Assembly (NCBI GenBank): GCA_965205855.1
Contig: OZ242184.1
Location: 576,001 to 640,000 of the forward strand
Length of the DNA: 64,000 nucleotides
Direction of reading: 5' to 3'
From: Thermodesulfobacteriota bacterium
GTDB taxonomy: Bacteria; Desulfobacterota_D; UBA1144; Nemesobacterales; Mycalebacteriaceae
Part shown: piece by piece, positions 30,520 through 40,404 of the stretch
Position numbering within the stretch: position 1 is the first letter of the stretch
How the letters are laid out: every line of letters starts with the position of its first letter
Program-made: the position numbers and the translations under genes
Notes under the pieces: model-generated
Told to the model about the DNA's origin: nothing
Seen by the model: only the letters and a program-made list of their open reading frames with translations
Databases searched by the model: none

Positions 30520-30525
30520 CGGATA

Positions 30526-31284
30526 ATGAAAATGAAAAAAAAACTTATAGCCGCAAACTGGAAAATGAACAAAACGCGCAGCGAGGCGTCGTGTTTTACG
30601 CGCGGAATTGCGGAAAAATTTTCAGATTTTACCGCCGTTGAAATTGCGCTTTTTCCTCCGTTCACTGCAATTGACTCCGTAATAAACGCGACTGCCGGTT
30701 CAAACATTACAGTTGGGGCGCAGGATGTGTTTTATGAGGAAAAGGGTTCCTATACGGGAGAGGTTTCATGCGCGATGCTTCTTGATTCAGGTTGCTCAAC
30801 TGTTATAGCCGGTCATTCCGAACGGCGTCATATTATCGGCGAAACCGACGAGGTTGTGGCATCAAAAACGGGCGCTGTTCTGAAAAGCGGCATGCGCGTG
30901 ATACTGTGTGTTGGCGAAACCGAAAAGGAAAGAGAGAGCGGGCGCGCTGTGGAGGTTGTTCAATCTCAACTTGCCGCTTCACTCGGCGGCGGAGTGGGAC
31001 ACAAGGGAGTAACGGTCGCATATGAGCCAATCTGGGCCATTGGAACCGGAAAGAACGCTGAGGCCGCACAGATAGAAGAAATGCACGGCCATATTAGAGA
31101 GGTGCTTTCGGGAATTTTTCCGCAAGGGGCGGAAAGCATCGGAGTTATATACGGAGGCAGTGTAAACCCGCAAAATGCAGGCTTCATAGTCACTGCGGAT
31201 GGTGTGGATGGAATGCTTGTCGGAACGGCGAGTCTTGAATTAGAATCATTTGCCAGCATAATAGAGACAGTTTTGACGGATTGA
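30526..31284 (+). CDS. tpiA: Triosephosphate isomerase
   Basis: ANWKMN, GHSERR, AYEPIWAIGTG, YGGSV. Confidence 0.97.
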   Translation: MKMKKKLIAANWKMNKTRSEASCFTRGIAEKFSDFTAVEIALFPPFTAIDSVINATAGSNITVGAQDVFYEEKGSYTGEVSCAMLLDSGCSTVIAGHSERRHIIGETDEVVASKTGAVLKSGMRVILCVGETEKERESGRAVEVVQSQLAASLGGGVGHKGVTVAYEPIWAIGTGKNAEAAQIEEMHGHIREVLSGIFPQGAESIGVIYGGSVNPQNAGFIVTADGVDGMLVGTASLELESFASIIETVLTD

Positions 31285-31288
31285 AACA

Positions 31289-31594
31289 ATGGAAATTTTA
31301 ATGCCTTTTATAAAAACCGCCCATATAGGGGTTGCTCTGATAATGATAGTTGTCATTCTCGTTCAGCCGGGCGGAAGTGATGAGTTGGGAACTGTTTTCG
31401 GCGGAGGCTCTTCGGAGTCCGTATTCGGAGCAAGCGGGGCGACCCCATTTCTCGCAAAAGCGACAAGGTTTATGGCGGTTGTTTTTATTCTGACTTCTCT
31501 GCTGCTCGGATATATATCCTTCAAGCAGTCGTCTTCATCCGTGCTTGACAGGGGGTCCGTTGAAATACCCGCTGAGACCACGGCGCCCAAATAG
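31289..31594 (+). CDS. secG: Preprotein translocase subunit SecG
   Basis: Two TM segments, LVQ...G..FGGG..SVFG, follows tpiA. Confidence 0.92.
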   Translation: MEILMPFIKTAHIGVALIMIVVILVQPGGSDELGTVFGGGSSESVFGASGATPFLAKATRFMAVVFILTSLLLGYISFKQSSSSVLDRGSVEIPAETTAPK

Positions 31595-31638
31595 AAATCC
31601 GCCGGTGGCGGATAAAATTAATTATAAGGGAGGTATCC

Positions 31639-31905
31639 ATGCCTTACATCATAGCAGAGCCGTGCATTGACGTTAAAGACAAATCATGCGTTGAAGCGTG
31701 CCCGGTGGACTGCATATACGAAGGGGAAAAACAACTGTTTATTGAGCCGAACGAGTGCATCGACTGCGGCGCGTGCGTTGACCCCTGTCCTGTGGACGCT
31801 ATTTTTCATGAAGATGAAATTCCCGAAAAATGGCAGGGGTTTATCAAAGAAAACAGCGATTTCTTTGAGGGAAAAGAAAATCTCCAGCCAGCGACAAAAG
31901 ACTGA
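31639..31905 (+). CDS. fdxA: 7Fe (3Fe-4S/4Fe-4S) ferredoxin
   Basis: [18 protein letters not shown] and [13 protein letters not shown]; strong GGAGG RBS. Confidence 0.93.
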   Translation: MPYIIAEPCIDVKDKSCVEACPVDCIYEGEKQLFIEPNECIDCGACVDPCPVDAIFHEDEIPEKWQGFIKENSDFFEGKENLQPATKD

Positions 31906-32548
31906 AAAACAAGGATTTTTAAGGGAAAAAGCATCGCGCATCTCCTCCTTTTTGTGCAAACGGTATCCGAACGCAAAATGCCACTTGAATTACGAGTCAG
32001 CTTTCGAGTTGCTTATCGGTTCCATTCTGTCCGCTCAGTGCACGGACAAAAGGGTTAATTCCATCACTCCCGGGCTTTTCGCAAAATATTCCGGTCCCGA
32101 AAGTTTTGCACGCGCCGATATTGCGGAAATTGAAAGGGAGATTTTCAGCGCCGGTTTCTACAAAAACAAAGCGAAGTCCATAATCAAATGTTCGGTTGAG
32201 ATTGTCCACAAGCACGGCGGAGAGGTTCCCGCGTCAATGGATAGTCTCCACGCACTTTCGGGTATAGGAAGAAAAACCGCCAATGTTGTTCTCGCAAACT
32301 GGTTCTGTAAACCCGGCATCATAGTGGACACTCATATAAAACGCCTGTCTTTGAGGCTTGGAATGACATACAAAAAAACGGCAGAAGGAATAGAAAAAGA
32401 CCTGATGGCGATAGTGCCCGAAAGTGAATGGACTTTTTTTTCCAACGCTCTCGGCGATCACGGAAGAGAGGTGTGCAAGTCACAAAATCCTCTTTGCGGA
32501 AATTGTGGCGTATCGGACATATGCGAGTGGAGAGCGGCCAATGGGTAA
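31865..32548 (+). CDS. nth: Endonuclease III (start uncertain)
   Basis: [25 protein letters not shown]-x6-C-x2-C-x5-C. Nearest in-frame start upstream of the first conserved helix is TTG at 31865. Confidence 0.9.
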   Translation: MREKKISSQRQKTEKQGFLREKASRISSFLCKRYPNAKCHLNYESAFELLIGSILSAQCTDKRVNSITPGLFAKYSGPESFARADIAEIEREIFSAGFYKNKAKSIIKCSVEIVHKHGGEVPASMDSLHALSGIGRKTANVVLANWFCKPGIIVDTHIKRLSLRLGMTYKKTAEGIEKDLMAIVPESEWTFFSNALGDHGREVCKSQNPLCGNCGVSDICEWRAANG

Positions 32549-33440
32549 CGGCAACGTCATTCAGAAACTTGTGTCAATCCCCACAAAGGGAGGCAATGTC
32601 AACGCCATTTTCTACGAGTGCGAAGGAGGTGGAAAGGAAAAAGAGCCGATAGTTATTCATGTTCACGGGTTTCTTGGAAACTTTCTTGAGGGAAGCCAGA
32701 GGTTCCTTCCTCCGATTCTTGCCAAGGCGGGCTATTCATCAATATCCATCAACACGATTCTCTCAAACTTCAGCCTGTTTTTCGGCTATGGAATAGTGGA
32801 CAATACAATTCCCCAGATAGACGGAGTCATCGAATTTCTCAAGCACCTGGGCTATGAAAAAATCATCATATCGGGTTATAGCCTCGGCGGCTGTATAGTC
32901 GCCAGATATATGTCGTCAAAGAGCGAGGCGAAGGATAATGTTGAGTGTTTACAGGGGATAATAGCGATTGCAACTCCTTATTCAATGCCCGATTCCATAA
33001 AAAACAGATGGAGCAAATGGCAGAGCATTCCTTCTTATGACCGTGTTTATGAGGAAGCAAAGGAGATACTCGGGGAAGACCCGATTAATTCCACCGAAGA
33101 CAGGACAATTATCATACAGAAAGCGCGCGGAGATACTTTCAGCCCAGAGCACTGTGAGATATATACCTATAAAACATGGTGGTTTCTTGCCGGGCCGGAG
33201 GCGACGGGAACAAAGACCCACAAACAGATAGAGAATGTTAAAGTGCCGATACTTCTTATACAGGGATGGGATGACAAGATAGTCCATCCCAATGAAACAC
33301 ACAATCTGTCCCAGGCCGCAAATGAAGCGGGTAACAGTGATGTTTCGGCTTTCTATCTTAACGCCGGTCATACGCTTGAAGGCAAAGAGGATGAATTGGG
33401 AGAAATCATTACAAACTGGATGCAGAGAAGACTCAAGTAA
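32541..33440 (+). CDS. Alpha/beta hydrolase (paralog 1)
   Basis: HG..GN oxyanion motif, GYSLG nucleophile elbow, G.DD, AGH. Confidence 0.85.
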   Translation: MGNGNVIQKLVSIPTKGGNVNAIFYECEGGGKEKEPIVIHVHGFLGNFLEGSQRFLPPILAKAGYSSISINTILSNFSLFFGYGIVDNTIPQIDGVIEFLKHLGYEKIIISGYSLGGCIVARYMSSKSEAKDNVECLQGIIAIATPYSMPDSIKNRWSKWQSIPSYDRVYEEAKEILGEDPINSTEDRTIIIQKARGDTFSPEHCEIYTYKTWWFLAGPEATGTKTHKQIENVKVPILLIQGWDDKIVHPNETHNLSQAANEAGNSDVSAFYLNAGHTLEGKEDELGEIITNWMQRRLK

Positions 33441-33443
33441 TCA

Positions 33444-34343
33444 ATGGCTGTTCAACGGCGACAGATTCTCGGCTACACTGCGCGCGACGGTTTTGAAGTT
33501 GACTCGCTTCTTACGACTCCGCCCGCACCGACCGAGGAAGATCTGCTAAGTATTCCGATTATAATCAACATACACGGCGTTCTCGGCAACTTCCTTGCGC
33601 GTGGAACACCCAAGATATTCCCGTCCGTGATGCTTGAGAGAGGATATTCAACGCTTTCAATAAACACGCGAATGGCGTTTCTCGGTCAGATAACGGGAAC
33701 GGGCATTTTTGAGAGAGCTTTCGATGATGTCGCGTGCTCGGTTGAAACTCTTGAAAAAGAGGGGTTTGAAAACATCTACATACTTGGATACAGCATGGGC
33801 GCAAACATAGCGGTTGACTACATGTCGTGCTGTTCAGATTCTCCTGTTAAGGGTCTTATCCTTGAAGGATGCTCATACTCTCTTCCCGAATCGCAGAAAA
33901 AACGGCTTGACAAATGGGGCAGTATACCGAGTTACGATGACATCTATAAAAAAGCGAAATCCATTCTCAAGCCCACTCCGGAGACTTCAAAAAACGACCA
34001 GACATTTGTTGTTTACAGGGCATGGGGAGAATCATTCAACCCGTCCGATGTTGAAATTTTCACCTATAAAACATGGTGGTTTATGAGAAGCCCCGAATCC
34101 GCGCACGCGAAAACCTGCGACATAATAGGTGATGTTTCTGTTCCCGTGCTTTTTATCAACGGAGCGAATGACGACATAGTGTTTGCCGGAGAGCCGGAGA
34201 GGCTTACGGAGATTTTAAAACGCTCGGGAAACTGCGAAGTGAAGATTGAATACATCCCGGATGCCGGACACGACTGCATGGAAAACCCCGATGCTTCGGC
34301 CGACATCATATATCGGTGGATTAAGGATTTGGAAAGTCGCTGA
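33444..34343 (+). CDS. Alpha/beta hydrolase (paralog 2)
   Basis: HGVLGN, GYSMG, GANDD, AGH. Confidence 0.85.
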   Translation: MAVQRRQILGYTARDGFEVDSLLTTPPAPTEEDLLSIPIIINIHGVLGNFLARGTPKIFPSVMLERGYSTLSINTRMAFLGQITGTGIFERAFDDVACSVETLEKEGFENIYILGYSMGANIAVDYMSCCSDSPVKGLILEGCSYSLPESQKKRLDKWGSIPSYDDIYKKAKSILKPTPETSKNDQTFVVYRAWGESFNPSDVEIFTYKTWWFMRSPESAHAKTCDIIGDVSVPVLFINGANDDIVFAGEPERLTEILKRSGNCEVKIEYIPDAGHDCMENPDASADIIYRWIKDLESR

Positions 34344-34538
34344 CCTCAGGGTCCGGCTGCGGTAAGTCAACATAACCCCTGACGCATACGGTGCCTTGTT
34401 ATCATTAATCACAACGGATATTGAAAAACTGTCTCTTATAATATATTTTCTTCGCCTCTGTGGACAGTTTGCCACGGAAGGTTTTCGTTTTTGGGTAAAC
34501 ACACGACAGCCACGGAATATATGTCGGCTTGATACGCC

Positions 34539-36101
34539 ATGGCAACAAAAACAAAAAAGAATGTTTCGGTGAATATTCTTTCGCAACACGGAATTAAAAC
34601 TTCGGGGCGTGTTTTTCACAACCTTACGGTTCCCGAACTTTACGAAGAGGCGATTGGTAGAAGCGAAGGGAATATAGTGGATGGTGGCGGGCTTGCCACC
34701 CATACCGGAAAGCATACGGGGCGAGCGCCTCTTGACCGTTTTATAGTCAAAGACTCCCTGACAAAGAACTCGGTAAACTGGGGAAAAATCAACCAGTCCA
34801 TAGACACGGAACGTTTTGACTCTCTCTACGGGAAGGTCGCGGCTTATCTTTCAAAGAAAGATATTTTTGTAAAAGACCTCAATGTGTGCGCCCATCCGAG
34901 ATACCGTTCGTCGGTCAGGGTCATAAATGAGTTTGCGTGGCACAACATCTTTGTGAACAACCTTCTGATCAGGCACGGCAGAGGGTTGCAGTCATCCAAA
35001 AAGCCAGATTTCTCTGTCATCTGCGCTCCGGGTTTCAAAGCAAGACCCTCACAGGACGGCACGAAATCCGAAACCTTCATTATCCTGAACCTGAAAAAAA
35101 GAATAGCGCTCATAGGTGGAACCCAATACGCGGGGGAGATGAAAAAAGCGGTCTTTACCATCCTGAACTTTCTGCTTCCCGAAAAGGACGTGTTTCCAAT
35201 GCACTGCTCGGCAAATGTCGGTGGAAAAGGGGATGTGGCTCTTTTCTTCGGTTTGTCGGGAACCGGAAAAACCACCCTTTCCGCAGATTCGGAGCGCAAT
35301 CTTATAGGCGATGACGAACACGGCTGGTTCAAGGATGGCGTGTTCAACTTTGAAGGCGGTTGCTATGCGAAAGCCATACGGCTCAATCCCGAGACTGAGC
35401 CGGAAATCTATTCCGCGTCCATGCGTTTCGGCTCAATTCTGGAAAATGTTGACGTTGACGGGCTGAGAAGGATAGATTTTAACAGTAGCAAATACACCGA
35501 AAACACAAGAGTGGCATATGAGATAAACTCTCTGCCCGGAATAGTGGAAGGCGGAACCGGAAGCATTCCGAAAAACATTTTCATGCTGACGTATGATGCG
35601 TTTGGCGTTCTTCCGCCCATATCAAAATTGACTTCCAAACAGGCAATGGATTTCTTCCTTCTCGGATATACGGCTAAGGTTGCCGGAACTGAGCGCGGTG
35701 TGAAAGAGCCAAAAACAACATTCAGCTCCTGTTTCGGCGCTCCATTTTTGCCACGCTCTCCGCGCTTTTACGCAAATATGCTTGAAGAAAGGATGAAAAA
35801 ATCCCGCGCGAGAGTGTGGCTTTTAAACACGGGAATCACCGGTGGTCCGTATGGAGTTGGGCACAGAATGCCGTTGCCTCAGACACGGGCTTTGGTGAAG
35901 TCCGCCCTGAACAAATCGATTGACAAAGCCGGTTTTATAAAAATCCCCGTGTTCGGGCTTCAGGTACCGGAGTCGTGTCCGGGGGTTCCGTCAAAACTGC
36001 TTCAACCGCGAAAGTGCTGGAAAAGCGCGAAAGAATACGACATAAAAGCCGCTGAGCTGAAAGAGAAGTTCCGGACGGAACTGTTGAACCACGGCAAGTA
36101 G
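34539..36101 (+). CDS. pckA: Phosphoenolpyruvate carboxykinase (ATP)
   Basis: YAGEMKK, MHCSAN, GLSGTGKTTLS, IGDDEHGW, NFEGGCYAK. Confidence 0.97.
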   Translation: MATKTKKNVSVNILSQHGIKTSGRVFHNLTVPELYEEAIGRSEGNIVDGGGLATHTGKHTGRAPLDRFIVKDSLTKNSVNWGKINQSIDTERFDSLYGKVAAYLSKKDIFVKDLNVCAHPRYRSSVRVINEFAWHNIFVNNLLIRHGRGLQSSKKPDFSVICAPGFKARPSQDGTKSETFIILNLKKRIALIGGTQYAGEMKKAVFTILNFLLPEKDVFPMHCSANVGGKGDVALFFGLSGTGKTTLSADSERNLIGDDEHGWFKDGVFNFEGGCYAKAIRLNPETEPEIYSASMRFGSILENVDVDGLRRIDFNSSKYTENTRVAYEINSLPGIVEGGTGSIPKNIFMLTYDAFGVLPPISKLTSKQAMDFFLLGYTAKVAGTERGVKEPKTTFSSCFGAPFLPRSPRFYANMLEERMKKSRARVWLLNTGITGGPYGVGHRMPLPQTRALVKSALNKSIDKAGFIKIPVFGLQVPESCPGVPSKLLQPRKCWKSAKEYDIKAAELKEKFRTELLNHGK

Positions 36102-36182
36102 CAAGCGGTTTTCCCGCAAAGGCGCGGGCGCATTGGAAACTTTACGCTTCAAGGTGTAGAATAGCTCTTCGGAGTGCAAACG

Positions 36183-37712
36183 ATGTTCACCTTTTTTTTC
36201 AAAAAGATCTTTGTTTGCCTTTGTGTTTTTCCCGTTTCAGTTCTTCTTTTCTCTTTTCCTTTCCAAAGCGCGCTCGCCCGCGACGAGTCTTCAATAAAGA
36301 AATCAATAGTAAAGATAAATGTTCAAAAAACGGTTCCGTCCTACAAACAGCCGTGGATAGTGAACAAGCCGTCTTCCGTTTCCGGTTCGGGCTGTATAAT
36401 TTCCGACTCTCATATTCTTACAAGCGCTCATGTGGTTTCGCACGGGGCATTTATCTATGTAAGCAAATCCGGAGACCCGAACAAATACACCGCAGACTTG
36501 CTTTTTATCTCGCACGAAGCCGACCTCGCCATTCTTACGGTTAAAAAGAGCGAGTTTTTTGAGAACACAAAACCTATTGACATAAACCACGAACTTGTGA
36601 ATACACGCAAGGAAGTAACGGTTTACGGATTTCCCATAGGGGGCGAGACGCTTAGCTCCACAAGAGGAATTGTGTCCCGCGTGGAGCATGAGATTTATTT
36701 CCACAGCGTTTATCAGCTTCTTATGTCTCAGATTGACGCTTCCATCAATTCCGGAAACAGCGGGGGGCCCGTGATTGTTGACGGGAAACTTGTCGGGATA
36801 GTAATACAGTCTTTGAGAAGGTCCGAAAACATAGGATATATGGCCCCGGCTCCGGTCATAGACCATTTTCTTGACGATATCAAGGACGGTTCCTACGACG
36901 GTTTTCCGGTTCTTGGCATTGTTATCCAGAACTCTCAGAATCCCGATCTAAGAAAGAAAAATCTGGTTTCCAAAGATGACGGGGGCGTTCTTGTCACTCA
37001 AGTTGCCGACGGGTTTCCGGCTTCGGGAAAAATCCTCAAGGGCGATATTCTTGCTTCAATTGAGGGCGTTGGCATATCTTCGGACGGCAAGATCAACTTC
37101 AGGGACGGTGAGAGAACGGATTTTTCCTATCTGGTTGATTCGCGCCAGATAGGAGATGATATCAAGGTTGAGGTTTTCAGAAACGGGGAGAAAATGGAAA
37201 TGTCAATCCCCCTGACAAAAGGGGCGGACGATTTCCGCCTCGTCAACGCAAACTACGGTAACCCAAGCTACTACATATTCGCGGGTTGCGTATTTTCTCC
37301 GCTCACTTTCAACTATTTTAGGGAATGGGGTTCCAGATGGTTTGTTGACGCGCCCAGCACTCTGCTGTCAAAACTTGCCTACAATGTCAGAGAATTTCCA
37401 GACGAAGAGGTCGTTGTTCTTGTAAGGGTTCTTCCGGCGGAGGTCAACTACGGCTATCACGGAATAAAAAACTGGGTTGTCGAAAAGGTCAACGGGGTCA
37501 CGATACGAAACATAAGTCATCTTGTGCAAGTGGTTGAAAATGAGTCGGCCGCGAATGAGTTTATAACTTTTGAAAACCCTTACGGAAAGAAGGTTGTTTT
37601 CTCATCCAAAGAAGCAAAGGCAAGCAGGGACAAGTTGCTTACCACATATCAGATTAACAAAGACAGGTCCGCCGACCTTGCTGTTTCTATCTTTGAAGGC
37701 GTTGGATTTTAG
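36183..37712 (+). CDS. Secreted S1C serine protease with PDZ domains (Deg/HtrA, Deg2-like)
   Basis: Signal peptide, TSAHVV, DLAIL, QIDASINSGNSGGP, GD.L..IEG PDZ. Confidence 0.9.
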   Translation: MFTFFFKKIFVCLCVFPVSVLLFSFPFQSALARDESSIKKSIVKINVQKTVPSYKQPWIVNKPSSVSGSGCIISDSHILTSAHVVSHGAFIYVSKSGDPNKYTADLLFISHEADLAILTVKKSEFFENTKPIDINHELVNTRKEVTVYGFPIGGETLSSTRGIVSRVEHEIYFHSVYQLLMSQIDASINSGNSGGPVIVDGKLVGIVIQSLRRSENIGYMAPAPVIDHFLDDIKDGSYDGFPVLGIVIQNSQNPDLRKKNLVSKDDGGVLVTQVADGFPASGKILKGDILASIEGVGISSDGKINFRDGERTDFSYLVDSRQIGDDIKVEVFRNGEKMEMSIPLTKGADDFRLVNANYGNPSYYIFAGCVFSPLTFNYFREWGSRWFVDAPSTLLSKLAYNVREFPDEEVVVLVRVLPAEVNYGYHGIKNWVVEKVNGVTIRNISHLVQVVENESAANEFITFENPYGKKVVFSSKEAKASRDKLLTTYQINKDRSADLAVSIFEGVGF

Positions 37713-38143
37713 CCCAGAACCTCAAACTCTTTTCCCTTTAGCACATTTTTGAGTTTTATAAGGAAGTATCTTCTGCTTTTATAGAATCTTCCCTTTATGT
37801 TCAGTTTGTTGTTTTTTTCCAATTCCGCATGAACTCCCTTGAGATACACCAATACGGTTGCCCCTTTTTCGGAATTTTTCATTTTGAAAACTGTGTAGTC
37901 TTTTCCCTTGAATTTTTTTTGCTTTACGGGGGAAGATATTTTCCCCTCAACCCGCACGACCTTCCTGTGATATTTTTCCGCATTGCCCGCCACATAATCC
38001 ACCGAGAGTGCGGTTGCTTGTGCGGCTTCTTCTTTCCGTGCCGCGACTGTGTCGTCTCCGGGGTTTAATTTCGGGAAAATTACGACCAAAGCCGCGGCAA
38101 TTAAAACCAAAATGCCCGCGACGGAAAGCAGTTTTCTTTTCAT
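37709..38143 (-). CDS. Membrane-anchored hypothetical protein, OB-fold-like
   Basis: N-terminal TM helix, then Y..KVVRVEG ... IKGRF beta pattern; overlaps the fumC stop (ATGA). Confidence 0.65.
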   Translation of the reverse strand: MKRKLLSVAGILVLIAAALVVIFPKLNPGDDTVAARKEEAAQATALSVDYVAGNAEKYHRKVVRVEGKISSPVKQKKFKGKDYTVFKMKNSEKGATVLVYLKGVHAELEKNNKLNIKGRFYKSRRYFLIKLKNVLKGKEFEVLG

Positions 38144-39552
38144 CTCTTTTTCGCGCTTGCGGACGCTTTTGTCATGGACTTGGGGTTAAGCAACGCGTTG
38201 AGGTCTTTTTGTGGGAGAATTTTTTTCGCTGCCGCCGTTTCCCTCACAGTTTCCCCTTTTTGATAGGCTTCTTTCGCGATTGCCGCCGCCGCATCGTACC
38301 CTATCACGGGAGCGAGGCTTGTGCACATTGCGAGACTTTTTTCCACCATTTCCCCGCAACGTGTTTCATTTGCCTCTATGCCGTCCACACATTTCTCCGC
38401 GAACGTAACGCATGAGTTTGAAAGCAGGGAAACCGAACTCAAAATGTTGTCCGCCATCATGGGCATCATAACGTTGAGTTCAAAATTTCCGCTTTGTCCG
38501 CCAACCGTTACGGCGGTGTCATTGCCAATCACCTGCGCGCAGACCTGAGTAAGCGATTCCGCCATTACCGGATTGACCTTTCCGGGCATTATGGAAGAGC
38601 CGGGTTGAACCGCGGGCAGGTTGATTTCTCCGAAGCCGCAACGGGGCCCGCTTCCAAGCCATCGTATGTCATTGGCGATTTTCATCAAACTCACCGCCAG
38701 GGTTTTCAGCGAACCGCTCATCTGCACCGCCGCATCTTTCGCGCCCTGTGCTTCAAAGTGGTTTTTCGCCTCAAAAAACCGGATGCCTGTGAGGCGGCTT
38801 ATGCGCGCCGCGGTTTTGGCACCAAAGCTTCTATGAGTGTTTATGCCCGTGCCGACGGCGGTGCCGCCGAGCGCGAGTTCCCGAAGCCCGTCGCCGGATG
38901 ACTTTATACCTTTGATTCTTTGCGAGACCATCGCCGCGTATCCGCCGAGTTCCTGTCCAAGCGTTACGGGAGTCGCGTCTTGAAGATGGGTTCTTCCTAT
39001 CTTTACTATTTTCTCGAAGTCGCGCGATTTACGCGACAGAGATTTTTGAAGTTTTACAAGCGCGGGCAGAAGGTTGTTTTCCATTTCAATCATCACCGAA
39101 ATATGAATCGCGGAGGGAATGACATCATTGCTTGACTGTCCCATGTTTACGTGGTCGTTCGGATGGATTACCGCTTTGCCTCCCGTCCTGCGGTTTGAAA
39201 TCTCGTTCGCTCTGTTGGCGATAACCTCATTCGTGTTCATATTAGTTGAGGTTCCCGAACCGGTCTGGAAAACATCCACAACAAAATGTTTGTTCAGTTT
39301 TCCGTCCGCGACCTCGGCCGCGGCCTTTGCTATTGCATTTCCAGCCTTTCTGTCAAGCAGGCCGAGTTCCATGTTTGTTTCCGCGGCAGTGAGTTTTATC
39401 ATTCCAAGCGCCGCCGTGAATTCGTGCGGAAGCGTTCTGCCGCTTATCGGAAAGTTCTCAACCGCTCTGGCGGTCTGAGCTCCGTAATAGGCGTCTGCGG
39501 GCACTTTCATCCGTCCCATTGAGTCCGATTCAATTCTTGTCTTTGCGTTCAT
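38140..39552 (-). CDS. fumC: Class II fumarate hydratase
   Basis: YYGAQT, QTGSGTS.NMN.NEV, GRTHLQDATP, GSSIMPGKVNP. Confidence 0.96.
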   Translation of the reverse strand: MNAKTRIESDSMGRMKVPADAYYGAQTARAVENFPISGRTLPHEFTAALGMIKLTAAETNMELGLLDRKAGNAIAKAAAEVADGKLNKHFVVDVFQTGSGTSTNMNTNEVIANRANEISNRRTGGKAVIHPNDHVNMGQSSNDVIPSAIHISVMIEMENNLLPALVKLQKSLSRKSRDFEKIVKIGRTHLQDATPVTLGQELGGYAAMVSQRIKGIKSSGDGLRELALGGTAVGTGINTHRSFGAKTAARISRLTGIRFFEAKNHFEAQGAKDAAVQMSGSLKTLAVSLMKIANDIRWLGSGPRCGFGEINLPAVQPGSSIMPGKVNPVMAESLTQVCAQVIGNDTAVTVGGQSGNFELNVMMPMMADNILSSVSLLSNSCVTFAEKCVDGIEANETRCGEMVEKSLAMCTSLAPVIGYDAAAAIAKEAYQKGETVRETAAAKKILPQKDLNALLNPKSMTKASASAKKR

Positions 39553-39660
39553 TGCTTCTTCTCCCCCGCACAAGTTGTGCAATGGGCCATTAGATTACTG
39601 TGCGTAAGCGTTTACGGCAATACGGCCCGCTTCGGTCATTGTGATTCAGTGCCGCTCCGC

Positions 39661-39688
39661 TTGACACTTACCGTGTGGAAATTAGATT
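39661..39688 (+). promoter_or_regulatory. Putative sigma70 promoter of trxA
   Basis: TTGACA-N16-TAGATT upstream of a GAGG RBS. Confidence 0.5.
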
Positions 39689-39725
39689 ATTCGGGTAGGA
39701 AAAATAAAAACAGAGAGGTTGTAAA

Positions 39726-40055
39726 ATGTCAGAAAGTAATGTTATTGAGCTCAGCGATTCGGTTTTTGAAAGTGAAGTTATTCAAAGCGACATTCCCGTG
39801 CTTGTCGATTTCTGGGCTCCGTGGTGCGGTCCCTGCAAAGCGATTGCTCCAACGGTGAGCCAAATATCACAGGATTTCGCGGGTAGAGTAAAAGTTGGTA
39901 AAATCAACGTGGACGAAAATCAGCAGACTTCCGTCCAGTTCGGGATAAGAAGCATACCGACTTTGCTTGTTTTTAAGGATGGCAAGGTTGTTGACCAGGT
40001 CGTGGGTGCGGTCTCGCAAAGCGAGATTGAGCAGTCCATCAGCAAAGCTCTTTGA
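39726..40055 (+). CDS. trxA: Thioredoxin
   Basis: DFWAPWCGPCK, SIPTL. Confidence 0.97.
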   Translation: MSESNVIELSDSVFESEVIQSDIPVLVDFWAPWCGPCKAIAPTVSQISQDFAGRVKVGKINVDENQQTSVQFGIRSIPTLLVFKDGKVVDQVVGAVSQSEIEQSISKAL

Positions 40056-40073
40056 TAAAAAGGCGGATACCAA

Positions 40074-40358
40074 ATGGGAAGATACATAATGTTGAGCACC
40101 CTTACCGATGAGGGACGTAAAACCGTCAAGATGCGTCCCGAAAGGATAAGGGAGGTGAACAAAGAAATAGAAAAAATGGGAGCAAAGGTTGTAGCCCAGT
40201 ATGCGGTTCTCGGACTTTACGATTTTGTCAACATCATTGAGGCACCGAACAACGAAACGATAACAAAAATTTCAATTGAACTCGGCTCAAGGGGCACCGT
40301 TCAACTGCTTACACTTTCCGCAATAACGATTGACAAGTTTGAGAAAAAACTTTCCTAA
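40074..40358 (+). CDS. GYD-domain protein
   Basis: Y..L..LTDEG, LG.YDFV.I.EAP. Confidence 0.8.
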   Translation: MGRYIMLSTLTDEGRKTVKMRPERIREVNKEIEKMGAKVVAQYAVLGLYDFVNIIEAPNNETITKISIELGSRGTVQLLTLSAITIDKFEKKLS

Positions 40359-40404
40359 GGTTTTTGCCGGTTTCCAAACCTTCCCCACATTGCGGAGGCC
40401 TTTT

